From Candidatus Cryptobacteroides sp. (GTDB lineage: Bacteria > Bacteroidota > Bacteroidia > Bacteroidales > UBA932), in assembly GCA_045649795.1 (NCBI GenBank), contig JAZRQM010000081.1:38895-102894 (forward strand): a stretch of DNA of 64,000 bases, read 5' to 3'. Below are positions 47,139 through 56,218 of this stretch, piece after piece. The notes below the pieces were generated by a model. It worked only from the letters and a program-made list of their open reading frames with translations, was not told the DNA's origin and ran no database searches. How positions within the stretch are numbered: the stretch's first letter is position 1; the number at the start of each line of letters is the position of its first letter. The position numbers were made by a program, and so were the translations under genes.

Positions 47139-50078
47139 ATGAAAAAAATCATCCTATCACTTTTCTGTGCACTCGGCCTGCTTGCTGCAAGTGATGCACA
47201 GACAAAGAAAAGCCCGATCGTATTCGATGCATACGAATGGGACTTCGGCACGATCGAGGCCGCAGAAGGTACTGTAAGCCATACCTTCACATTCACAAAC
47301 ACATCAAAGGAAGCTGTCAAGATCGACAGAGACATTCCTAGCTGCAAGTGCATCAGAGCATTCTATGACGACGTTGTCGTAGAGCCTGGACAGAAGGCGG
47401 AAGTCATGGTATCATTCTCTCCAAAGGAGGAGAATGGCAAAGGTCATCGCCGCGTCGAGCTCATCGACAGAGACGGAAACACTCTCGCATCACTTTCTGT
47501 TACAGCAGATGTGAAGCATACTGAGGGAGGAAACGACCTTGAAAGGAACTATCCTTACAGAGACCATACTCTTTCATATGCAGAGCGTACTGAAAACCTC
47601 ATCTCCCTCCTTACTCCACAGGAGAAGGTCGGCTTGATGATGAACAAGTCAGTTTCTGTAGACCGTCTCGGAATCGAGTCATACAACTGGTGGAGCGAGG
47701 CTTGCCACGGTGTACGTCAGAGCGACTACACAGTGTATCCTCAGCCTATCGGTATGGCTGCCGCATTCAACTCTGAGCTCGTATACGACGTATTCTCTGA
47801 AGTATCGGATGAGGCACGTGCAAACTGGAACCGTTCTGAGCGCGTCTTCAATGTGCCTATGGGTGTAATCTACTATCCTGGAAATCCAGAGCTTACTTTC
47901 TGGTGTCCTAATGTGAACATCTTCCGTGACCCAAGATGGGGCCGCGGTCAGGAGACATACGGTGAGGACCCTTACATGAACGCTGTTCTCGGAGTACAGA
48001 ACGTACTCGGTATGCAGGGTAATGACGACAAGTACTTCAAGACTCACGCATGTGCAAAGCATTATGCAGTTCACAGCGGTCCTGAGCCACTCCGTCACAC
48101 TTACGATGCTTCTGTTTCAATGCGTGACCTCTGGGAGACATATCTTCCTGCATTCAAGGCCCTCGTTCAGAAGGGTAACGTACGTGAAGTGATGTGTGCA
48201 TACAACCGTTACGAAGGCGAGCCTTGCTGTACAAGCGACCGTCTCCTCGTAGACATCCTCCGCCGCAAGTGGGGTTACGACGGTATCGTCCTCACAGACT
48301 GCGACGCAATCAACAACTTCTACAACAAGGGTCAGCACGAGACTCACGCTGGTCCGCTTGAGGCATCTGTAGACGCAGTTCTTAACGGTACTGACCTCGA
48401 GTGCGGTAAGGTATTCATGGTTCTTGAGGAGGCTCTTGAGAAAGGCATGATCGACGAGGAAGTTCTCGACGGACACCTCCGCAAGACACTCTACGGCCGT
48501 TTCGAGCTCGGTATGTTCGATCCTGCTGACATGATTCCTTGGAAGGATCTCGGTCCTGAAGTGATCAGCAGCGAGTCTAACCATCAGACTGCAATCCAGG
48601 CTGCACGCGAGTCTATGACACTCCTTCACAACGACGGAATTCTTCCTCTTGCAAAGAACCTCAAGAAGATCGCTGTCGTAGGTCCTAACGCAAACGACGC
48701 AGCTCTCCTCAACGGTAACTACGGCGGAACCCCTACAAAGGAGCACACATTCACACTCCTCGAGGGTATCAAGGCTGCAGTCCCTGGTACAGAGGTTTAC
48801 TACAACCAGGCATGTCCTCTTACAGAGGGTTATGAGACAATCTCTTACATCAAGGACTTCAATGAAGGACAGGGTCTCTATGTAGAGTTCTTCAATAACA
48901 ACGACCTCGAGGGTACACCTGATGCAACAGGTTATTACAACAAGGCTCTCAACTTCTCAACATTCGGAGCATGGGGCTTCGCTGAGGGAATCAGCACTGA
49001 CAAGATTTCAGTTAGAGCAAGCGGTAAGTTCGTCGCTCCTTTCACAGGCGAGATGAAGTACGCTATATCATCTGACAACGGTTATGTATTCAAGGTGAAC
49101 GGTGAGACTGTCGAGACTGCAACAGGCGGAATGCGTCGTGGATTCGGATTCAGAAGAAGCGTAGAGTACAAGTCATTCAATGTAGTCAAGGGTGAGACTT
49201 ACGACATCGTTATCGAGTATAAGAGAGGTTCAGGAAACTTCGCTATGCTCAATGCAGAGATCTGCGAGCGCAGACTCATCGAGTTTGACGAAGTAGCAAA
49301 GAATGTTGCTGACGCTGACGCTATCATCGTAATCGGCGGTATCTCTGCACAGCTTGAGGGTGAAGGCGGTGACAAGGCTGACATCGAGCTTCCTGAGGTA
49401 CAGCAGAGACTCATCCGTGCCATGAAGGCTACAGGCAAGCCGGTAATCGTTGTTAACTGCTCTGGTTCCGCTATCGCATTCGGAAGCGTGAAGGGTCAGT
49501 ACGACGCACTCCTCCAGGCTTGGTATCCAGGTCAGGGTGGTGCTCAGGCACTTGCTGAAGTTATCTTCGGTGACTACAACCCAGGCGGTAAGCTCCCTGT
49601 AACATTCTATGAGTCTACAAACGATCTCCCAGACTTCCTTGACTACAGCATGGAGAACAGAACATACCGTTACTTCCGCGGCGTTCCACAGTACGCATTC
49701 GGTTACGGTCTCTCATACACTACATTCGAGGTCGGCAAGGCTAAGATTTCGAAGAAGTCGATGAAGGTTGACGGTTCTGTAACAATTACAGTTCCTGTAG
49801 AGAACACTGGTGACCGTGAGGGTACAGAAACTATCCAGGTTTACGTCAAGGCTCTTGACTATGCCGAGGCTCCTATCAAGTCACTCAAGGGATTCCAGAA
49901 GATCAACCTCAAGGCTGGTGAGAAGGGCAAGGTTCAGATCGTTCTCGACGGCGAGTCATTCCAGTATTATGACCCATCTATCGACGAGCTTTCTACAAAG
50001 ACCGGAAGATATCAGATCCTTTACGGAACATCATCACTTGAAAAAGATCTCAAGAGCATCGATTTCGTAGTGAAGTAG
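47139..50078 (+). CDS. GH3 beta-xylosidase paralog with N-terminal DUF1573-like Ig domain
   Basis: Same GH3 motifs; extra N-terminal WDFGTI..HTFTFTNT..SCKC..VEPGQKAEV segment. Confidence 0.9.
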   Translation: MKKIILSLFCALGLLAASDAQTKKSPIVFDAYEWDFGTIEAAEGTVSHTFTFTNTSKEAVKIDRDIPSCKCIRAFYDDVVVEPGQKAEVMVSFSPKEENGKGHRRVELIDRDGNTLASLSVTADVKHTEGGNDLERNYPYRDHTLSYAERTENLISLLTPQEKVGLMMNKSVSVDRLGIESYNWWSEACHGVRQSDYTVYPQPIGMAAAFNSELVYDVFSEVSDEARANWNRSERVFNVPMGVIYYPGNPELTFWCPNVNIFRDPRWGRGQETYGEDPYMNAVLGVQNVLGMQGNDDKYFKTHACAKHYAVHSGPEPLRHTYDASVSMRDLWETYLPAFKALVQKGNVREVMCAYNRYEGEPCCTSDRLLVDILRRKWGYDGIVLTDCDAINNFYNKGQHETHAGPLEASVDAVLNGTDLECGKVFMVLEEALEKGMIDEEVLDGHLRKTLYGRFELGMFDPADMIPWKDLGPEVISSESNHQTAIQAARESMTLLHNDGILPLAKNLKKIAVVGPNANDAALLNGNYGGTPTKEHTFTLLEGIKAAVPGTEVYYNQACPLTEGYETISYIKDFNEGQGLYVEFFNNNDLEGTPDATGYYNKALNFSTFGAWGFAEGISTDKISVRASGKFVAPFTGEMKYAISSDNGYVFKVNGETVETATGGMRRGFGFRRSVEYKSFNVVKGETYDIVIEYKRGSGNFAMLNAEICERRLIEFDEVAKNVADADAIIVIGGISAQLEGEGGDKADIELPEVQQRLIRAMKATGKPVIVVNCSGSAIAFGSVKGQYDALLQAWYPGQGGAQALAEVIFGDYNPGGKLPVTFYESTNDLPDFLDYSMENRTYRYFRGVPQYAFGYGLSYTTFEVGKAKISKKSMKVDGSVTITVPVENTGDREGTETIQVYVKALDYAEAPIKSLKGFQKINLKAGEKGKVQIVLDGESFQYYDPSIDELSTKTGRYQILYGTSSLEKDLKSIDFVVK

Positions 50079-50099
50079 AACATACTTTAAATTAAATTT

Positions 50100-50144
50100 G
50101 ATAACTTTACATGGTTTTAACAGATCATGTAAAGTTATCTTTTT
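50100..50144 (+). terminator. 14-bp perfect hairpin plus T5 after the GH3 pair, just before the glutamine synthetase gene
   Basis: GATAACTTTACATG (50100-50113) / CATGTAAAGTTATC (50126-50139) followed by TTTTT. Confidence 0.6.
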
Positions 50145-50148
50145 ATAT

Positions 50149-51651
50149 ATGAACAAAGAGTTAGAGATGAATCCGAACAAGCTGGTGGCTTACCTCGGAA
50201 AGCCTGCCAAGGAATTCACAAAGGCAGACATCGTACGTTACATCAAGGAAAACGGAGTAAGGATGGTCAACTTCATGTATCCTGCGGGAGATGGAAGACT
50301 CAAGACCCTCAACTTCGTGATAAACAATGAGGCATATCTTGACGCCATCCTCACATGCGGAGAGCGAGTAGACGGATCGAGCCTCTTCTCGTTCATCGAG
50401 GCAGGAAGCAGCGACCTTTATGTACTTCCTAGATTCTGCACGGCATTCATCGATCCTTTTGCAGAGCTCCCTACCCTTTCAATGCTCTGTTCATACTTCA
50501 ACAAAGACGGAGAACCTCTTGAAAGCTCACCTGAACACACCCTCAAAAAGGCCTGCAAGGCATTCAAGGATGTGACCGGTATGGAATTCCAGGCCATGGG
50601 AGAGCTTGAATACTATGTGATCGCTCCAGATTCGGGCCTCTACCCTGCCACAGACCAGAGAGGCTATCATGAGTCCGCTCCTTACGCAAAATTCAACGAA
50701 TTCCGCACCCAGTGCATGGCATACATAGCACAGGCCGGAGGCCAGATCAAATACGGACATTCAGAGGTAGGAAACTTCACGATCCAGGACTTCGTATACG
50801 AGCAGAATGAGATCGAATTCCTTCCTGTAAACGCCGAGGATGCTGCAGACCAGCTGATGATAGCAAAATGGATCATCAGAAACCTTGCATGCCAGTACGG
50901 ATATGACGTCACATTCGCGCCTAAGATCACAGCAGGAAAGGCTGGTTCTGGCCTTCATGTGCATATGCGCATTGTGAAGGACGGTCAGAACCAGATGCTC
51001 GAAAACGGCGTCCTTTCTGCAACCGCCCGCAAGGCGATAGCAGGAATGATGGAACTTGCTCCGTCCATCACTGCATTCGGAAATACCAATCCTACTTCAT
51101 ATTTCCGCCTCGTACCGCATCAGGAAGCCCCTACCAACGTTTGCTGGGGAGACCGAAACCGATCGGTTCTGGTACGCGTCCCTCTCGGATGGGCTGCAAA
51201 GAGCGATATGTGCAGGATTGCCAACCCTCTTGAAGCTGCGAGTGACTATGACACGACTCAGAAGCAGACAGTGGAGATGCGTTCACCTGACGGATCGGCA
51301 GACCTCTATCAGCTCATAGCCGGCCTTGCAGTGGCCTGCAGGCATGGTTTCGAGATGGAAAACGCCCTCGAAGTCGCAGAAAAGACATATGTAAACGTAA
51401 ACATCCATCAGAAGGAAAACGAGGATAAGCTCAAGAATCTGGCACAGCTTCCGGACAGCTGCGAAGCTTCTGCTGACTGCCTGGAGAAGCAGAGAGCAGT
51501 ATTCGAAAAGTACGGAGTCTTCAGCCCTGCAATGATAGACGGAATCATCAGGAAGCTCCGCTCATATCAGGACAGGACCCTTCGTCAGGACATCGGTGAC
51601 GACCAGGATCAGATGCTCAAGCTCGTTTACAGATACTTCCACTGCGGATAA
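50149..51651 (+). CDS. glnA: Glutamine synthetase (type I-like, Bacteroidales form)
   Basis: DGSS, GELEYY, HSEVG, QNEIEF, TFAPK..GKAGSGLHVH, SYFRLVPHQEAP, NRSVLVRVP, EMRSPD. Confidence 0.88.
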   Translation: MNKELEMNPNKLVAYLGKPAKEFTKADIVRYIKENGVRMVNFMYPAGDGRLKTLNFVINNEAYLDAILTCGERVDGSSLFSFIEAGSSDLYVLPRFCTAFIDPFAELPTLSMLCSYFNKDGEPLESSPEHTLKKACKAFKDVTGMEFQAMGELEYYVIAPDSGLYPATDQRGYHESAPYAKFNEFRTQCMAYIAQAGGQIKYGHSEVGNFTIQDFVYEQNEIEFLPVNAEDAADQLMIAKWIIRNLACQYGYDVTFAPKITAGKAGSGLHVHMRIVKDGQNQMLENGVLSATARKAIAGMMELAPSITAFGNTNPTSYFRLVPHQEAPTNVCWGDRNRSVLVRVPLGWAAKSDMCRIANPLEAASDYDTTQKQTVEMRSPDGSADLYQLIAGLAVACRHGFEMENALEVAEKTYVNVNIHQKENEDKLKNLAQLPDSCEASADCLEKQRAVFEKYGVFSPAMIDGIIRKLRSYQDRTLRQDIGDDQDQMLKLVYRYFHCG

Positions 51652-51662
51652 TACGCATAGAC

Positions 51663-51779
51663 ATGACAGAGACGTACACAGCCCCATCTATAGAGATCAT
51701 GGAAATGGTATCAGAGCAGACGATACTGACTTCCAGCGATCCGAACAGTCCGTATTTGGAACCAGGAGAAGACCTATAA
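51663..51779 (+). CDS. 38-aa YxxP-motif small peptide (below ORF-track cut-off)
   Basis: MTETYTAPSIEIMEMVSEQTILTSSDPNSPYLEPGEDL*; stop codon 3 nt before the next ATG. Confidence 0.75.
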   Translation: MTETYTAPSIEIMEMVSEQTILTSSDPNSPYLEPGEDL

Positions 51780-51782
51780 GAA

Positions 51783-53933
51783 ATGAGAATGAAATTCAAG
51801 TCACTTGTTCTTCCTGTTGTACTGGCCCTGGGCGGATGCACTTATTTCACCGAAGCTCCGGAAGCGGCCCAGGAAGAAAGCGGCACATTGAGGATATATG
51901 CGGGACTCCCTCAGGAAGAGCCTCAGACCAAGCTGACATACCATGAAACTCTTGTCAGCGGAAGAACTGCGCTCAAGACCCTTTGGAGCGAGGATGACAT
52001 GCTTGTCGCTACCCCTACCCCATCAAACGAGGACAATTCGTATGTATTCACGCTCGTTGAAGGAAAAGGAACCACAAGAGGCACTTTCGAATGCAGGAAC
52101 CTTCCGAACGGATACCTGCCGGAAAACTTCACCTCCAACGGATGGACAATTTACTTTCCGGGATCAAAGATTCAAGGCGAAGGTGACTATCTGAACTTTA
52201 CCTACGAAGGCCAGGTTCAGGAAGGCAACGGAAGCATGACCCATCTCAAGGATTTCCATTCAATCCGTCTTCTCTGCACTGACGGCTCAAAAACCACCTT
52301 CAAAGAGAGCTACATCGATTTCTACGGAGAAGGAATTGAAGAATCTTCATGCATGAAGTTTGACCTAAGCGGTCTTCCCTCAACGATACCATCAAGCATA
52401 ACCTTATCATATTCAGCACCTTCCGGATATGAGTCAACATGCTTCAGCACCCACAACAGGCTGGATTCATGGTGGACAGGCGACTATTCGGCAAATATGG
52501 AACAGACCAGCAAGCTTTCACTTTCATTGAAGGACTTCGACCAGACAACATCGGTTACAGCATACATGATGATGTCCAATTATCCGGCGAAGTTGAAAAG
52601 CGGAGGCACTCTGAAGGTTACCGTAACCGCGGAAGATGGTACCAGATATGTCTGCGAGAAGCCTTTGGCAAAGGACGTAACCTTGAACGGAGGACGCCTC
52701 CACACAATCACATGCACCACGTGGAAGGAGATTTCCTACAGCGGACTGGACGGATTCGATGACCCTGTAAACGGAGTGACTGTCCTTCAGGAAGCGACAA
52801 TAGGAAACGGTACGGACATCATCATCATGGGTGACGGATTTGCTGCCGACAAAGTAAAGGACGGCACATATGCCGAGATCATGACAAAGGCATACAATGA
52901 CTTCTTCAGCGTAGAGCCATACAGGTCTCTCAAGCCGTATTTCAATGTATATTACATCAATGCAGTATCGGCAGACAACCATGATGCTGAGCCATATTTT
53001 GACGCATACGGCAATCAGAACGGAGCTGTAAACGGCTCGGCCTCAACGGTTTTCGAAACAGAATTCTCTCCCGGAAGCACTAATATCACCGGAAATGACA
53101 ATACGGCTCTTGAATACGCAGCACAGGCCATCAAGAGCAAAGGCGGCAAGAACGGCACTCCATGCACGGATGCTCTTGAAGTCGCAAAGCGCGTTGCCAC
53201 ATCACTTATGATGGTCATGTGCAATGTGAACTGTCACGCAGGAACATGCGCTCTGGTATGGACGATATTCGATGATTACTGCCAATCATATTCGGTAGCA
53301 TATACTGCCTTGGGCAATTCGGAAGAGGAAGGACGATGGACTACAATCCACGAGGCCGGAGGACATGGCTTCGGAAAGCTCGGAGATGAGTATAGCAGCC
53401 TGTTCATCACCGGCTTCGGAACGGGAGAATGGACAAACCTCAAGAACAGGCATAATTACGGTCTTTACAGGAACATAAACGAGTATTGGGGGCCTGAGGA
53501 ACGAGAGGACGGATGGACATTTACAAGAGATGACACAACGACCGGGAATGTATACTGGAAGGAGCTGTTCAATGGATATGGATACGAAGCAAGCGAAGGC
53601 CTTGGCATCTACAGAGGCGCCTATACGTATACCAACCTTTTCTGCAGACCTACAGAAAACAGCATCATGAGAAACCAGTATGCCAGCGATGGAAAATATT
53701 TCAACGCCATTTCGAGATGGGCGATATGGTATCGTCTCATGAGACTTACCGGAAGTACGTCAGCCCGTAATTTCAAGGCTTCATTGGACGAATTCATCGC
53801 ATTTGACAAGACAATAACCATTAATACGCCGACAGAAACAAGATCCTTTGCCGAGGATGACGGAAAGATGCCTCTTGCTGCACCTGTGCTCATTCAGGGA
53901 GAATGGATAAACGGCAGATTGACAACCAGATAG
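51783..53933 (+). CDS. Lipoprotein: fimbrillin/type V pilin-like N-terminal region plus M64 (IgA peptidase-family) metallopeptidase
   Basis: Lipobox LGGC; PQTKL..LWSEDD..YFP pilin-like pattern; DIIIMGDGF, FFSVEPY, HEAGGHGFGKLGDEY, RPTENSIMR, FNAISR. Confidence 0.8.
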   Translation: MRMKFKSLVLPVVLALGGCTYFTEAPEAAQEESGTLRIYAGLPQEEPQTKLTYHETLVSGRTALKTLWSEDDMLVATPTPSNEDNSYVFTLVEGKGTTRGTFECRNLPNGYLPENFTSNGWTIYFPGSKIQGEGDYLNFTYEGQVQEGNGSMTHLKDFHSIRLLCTDGSKTTFKESYIDFYGEGIEESSCMKFDLSGLPSTIPSSITLSYSAPSGYESTCFSTHNRLDSWWTGDYSANMEQTSKLSLSLKDFDQTTSVTAYMMMSNYPAKLKSGGTLKVTVTAEDGTRYVCEKPLAKDVTLNGGRLHTITCTTWKEISYSGLDGFDDPVNGVTVLQEATIGNGTDIIIMGDGFAADKVKDGTYAEIMTKAYNDFFSVEPYRSLKPYFNVYYINAVSADNHDAEPYFDAYGNQNGAVNGSASTVFETEFSPGSTNITGNDNTALEYAAQAIKSKGGKNGTPCTDALEVAKRVATSLMMVMCNVNCHAGTCALVWTIFDDYCQSYSVAYTALGNSEEEGRWTTIHEAGGHGFGKLGDEYSSLFITGFGTGEWTNLKNRHNYGLYRNINEYWGPEEREDGWTFTRDDTTTGNVYWKELFNGYGYEASEGLGIYRGAYTYTNLFCRPTENSIMRNQYASDGKYFNAISRWAIWYRLMRLTGSTSARNFKASLDEFIAFDKTITINTPTETRSFAEDDGKMPLAAPVLIQGEWINGRLTTR

Positions 53934-53934
53934 A

Positions 53935-54417
53935 ATGGCAGAAAACCTTATCGTTTCCGAAGGCTGCAAGGACGAAAAGTATAGGGTCCTTCATGCTCAG
54001 ATCAAAGCTCTCACTGAAGGAGAAAGCGACCTTACAGCCAATATGGCAAACATATCATCCATGATCCATCAGACATTCGGATTCTGGTGGACAGGATTTT
54101 ACCGCGTATGCGGACAGGAGCTTGTCCTGGGACCGTTTCAAGGGCCTCTGGCATGCAGCAGGATTCCATTCGGACGTGGAGTATGCGGCACGGCATGGAA
54201 GGAAGAAAAGACCATAATAGTTCCTGACGTGGAGCTGTTTCCCGGACATATCGCATGCAGCAGCGCCTCACGCAGCGAGATCGTGGTACCGGTATTCAAG
54301 GGCGATGGAAAGGATATTACAGCGGTTCTGGATATCGACAGCACCGAACCCGATACATTTGACGAGACAGACCGTGCATGGCTGGAAGAGATTGTAAAGC
54401 TTATACCTCAAACTTAA
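53935..54417 (+). CDS. GAF-domain protein, free methionine-R-sulfoxide reductase (MsrC/YebR) family
   Basis: WTGFY, LGPFQGPLAC, GVCG, FPGHIACS..SRSEIVVP, VLDIDS. Confidence 0.88.
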   Translation: MAENLIVSEGCKDEKYRVLHAQIKALTEGESDLTANMANISSMIHQTFGFWWTGFYRVCGQELVLGPFQGPLACSRIPFGRGVCGTAWKEEKTIIVPDVELFPGHIACSSASRSEIVVPVFKGDGKDITAVLDIDSTEPDTFDETDRAWLEEIVKLIPQT

Positions 54418-54424
54418 ATAAAAC

Positions 54425-56218
54425 ATGAATCTGATCGAACTATTCAAGAGGATCAAACCATATGTATATCCATACAGATGGCTGGTCATCGTTACCCTCA
54501 TACTCACCCTTATCGGCTCTCTCATGGCCCAGGTCAATGCCATTGTGCTTGACAGGACTGTAGATGCGATCAATGCTTTGATCAATCCTGAGGGCTTCGC
54601 ATGGTCCAAAGCAGCCAGAATCCTGACCATCATCACAATTGTGCTGCTCGGAAAGGAAATCCTGTCGGCCGGCATCACGTTCGCCCAGAACTTCTTCGGA
54701 GAGAAGATGAGGATCAATGTATCCAAGGACCTCTCGCAGGCCGTGATCGACCGTATGCTGACATACAGGATGGGATTCTTCTCTGCAAAAGACAATGAGA
54801 CCGGAAAGCTCCAGACCCGTATAGACCAGGGTGTAAGCAGCCTTTCATCGACAGTGCAGAACTTCTTCATAGACCTTCTGCCTCTGTTCACAAGTGCTGT
54901 CCTGGCCCTCATCCTGATGTTTGCCGCAAATGTATATGTAGGTCTTACTGCCTTGATGATCGTGCCGATCTACATCTTCATCACTATCCGTCAGGCCCGC
55001 AGGCTTCAGGGATGGCGCAGGAACATGCGTACATACAGGGAGCAGAAGAGCCACGGAGTGAAGAACATCATCGACAGCATGAACGTGATCAAATCGTTCA
55101 ACAGAGAAGGGATCGAGAGCGAGAAGCAGTGGAACATTCAGACAGAATTCTCTGACAATCAGATGCTTGTACGCAAGACTTCGTTCTACTATGACGGAAT
55201 GAAGAGCTTTGTCAGGCAGATAGGAACCGTGCTGATCATCATACTTACGGCATATCTGGTCCTTATCGAATATCCGGGAATGACCATAGGTAAGATCATG
55301 TATCATATCATGCTCTTCTCGAATGTAACCGCTCCTATCACCCAGCTGCATCGCATCTTCGATCAGATGAATGACGCGTTGATCTATGCGGAAGGATTCT
55401 TCGACATCCTTAATGCGGACGATCAGATAGAGCCGTCAGGAAAGTACCGTCCGGAGAAGGTGGAAGGCCGCTTCGAGATCTCCGGCGTGGACTTTACATA
55501 TCCAAACGGCACAAAGGCACTGCATGATATCAACATGGACATCGAAAGCGGAAAGATTACGGCGTTCGTAGGACTTTCCGGTGCAGGAAAATCGACTATC
55601 CTGAACCTTCTGGTGCGATTCTATGATCCTGACTGCGGGTCGATAAAGCTGGACGGAGTAGATATCCGCGACTACGACATCCATTTCCTCCGCGAAAACA
55701 TCGGTATGGTACTCCAGAAGAACCACATCTTCGACGGAACCATCGAAGAAAACATCAGATACGGACGCTCGGAGGCAACAATCGAGGAGATTCATGAAGC
55801 TGCACGCAAGGCCTACATCTATGATCAGGTAATGAAGCTTCCTATGGGATTCCAGTCTAAGGCCCAGCTCCTTTCGGGAGGCCAGCAGCAGAGGATCGCG
55901 ATCGCCCGCCTCTTCCTCAAAAATCCGCCTATCATCTTCCTCGACGAGCCTACTGCCAGCCTTGACGCGATCGCTACAGAGCAGATAAAGGCCAGCATTG
56001 ACGCCATCAAGCGCGACAGGACAGTCGTGGTGATTTCCCACAGCATCTCACAGATCATAGACAGCGACATCATCTATGCCCTCAAGGACGGCCGCGTAGA
56101 ACAGTCCGGCGATCCTGACGGCCTCTACAAGAAAGGCGGAATCTACAAGGATATCGTAGACGCATCAGCCAGAAGCCTTAACATCGAGAAGCTGGCTGAC
56201 ACGCTGGATATAGATTAA
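54425..56218 (+). CDS. ABC exporter, fused permease/ATP-binding subunit
   Basis: N-terminal TM domain; GLSGAGKST, LSGGQQQR, FLDEPT. Confidence 0.92.
   Translation: MNLIELFKRIKPYVYPYRWLVIVTLILTLIGSLMAQVNAIVLDRTVDAINALINPEGFAWSKAARILTIITIVLLGKEILSAGITFAQNFFGEKMRINVSKDLSQAVIDRMLTYRMGFFSAKDNETGKLQTRIDQGVSSLSSTVQNFFIDLLPLFTSAVLALILMFAANVYVGLTALMIVPIYIFITIRQARRLQGWRRNMRTYREQKSHGVKNIIDSMNVIKSFNREGIESEKQWNIQTEFSDNQMLVRKTSFYYDGMKSFVRQIGTVLIIILTAYLVLIEYPGMTIGKIMYHIMLFSNVTAPITQLHRIFDQMNDALIYAEGFFDILNADDQIEPSGKYRPEKVEGRFEISGVDFTYPNGTKALHDINMDIESGKITAFVGLSGAGKSTILNLLVRFYDPDCGSIKLDGVDIRDYDIHFLRENIGMVLQKNHIFDGTIEENIRYGRSEATIEEIHEAARKAYIYDQVMKLPMGFQSKAQLLSGGQQQRIAIARLFLKNPPIIFLDEPTASLDAIATEQIKASIDAIKRDRTVVVISHSISQIIDSDIIYALKDGRVEQSGDPDGLYKKGGIYKDIVDASARSLNIEKLADTLDID

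Noticed and set aside
44520-50078. GH3 duplication as an assembly artefact or DGR-like template/variable repeat
   Set aside because: Copies differ at many synonymous and non-synonymous sites throughout, with no obvious adenine-specific pattern; no reverse transcriptase in the window.
51663-56218. RiPP cluster (peptide + peptidase + ABC exporter)
   Set aside because: No RRE, cyclase or radical SAM maturase adjacent; the ABC exporter lacks a C39 domain and is separated by the msrC-like gene.
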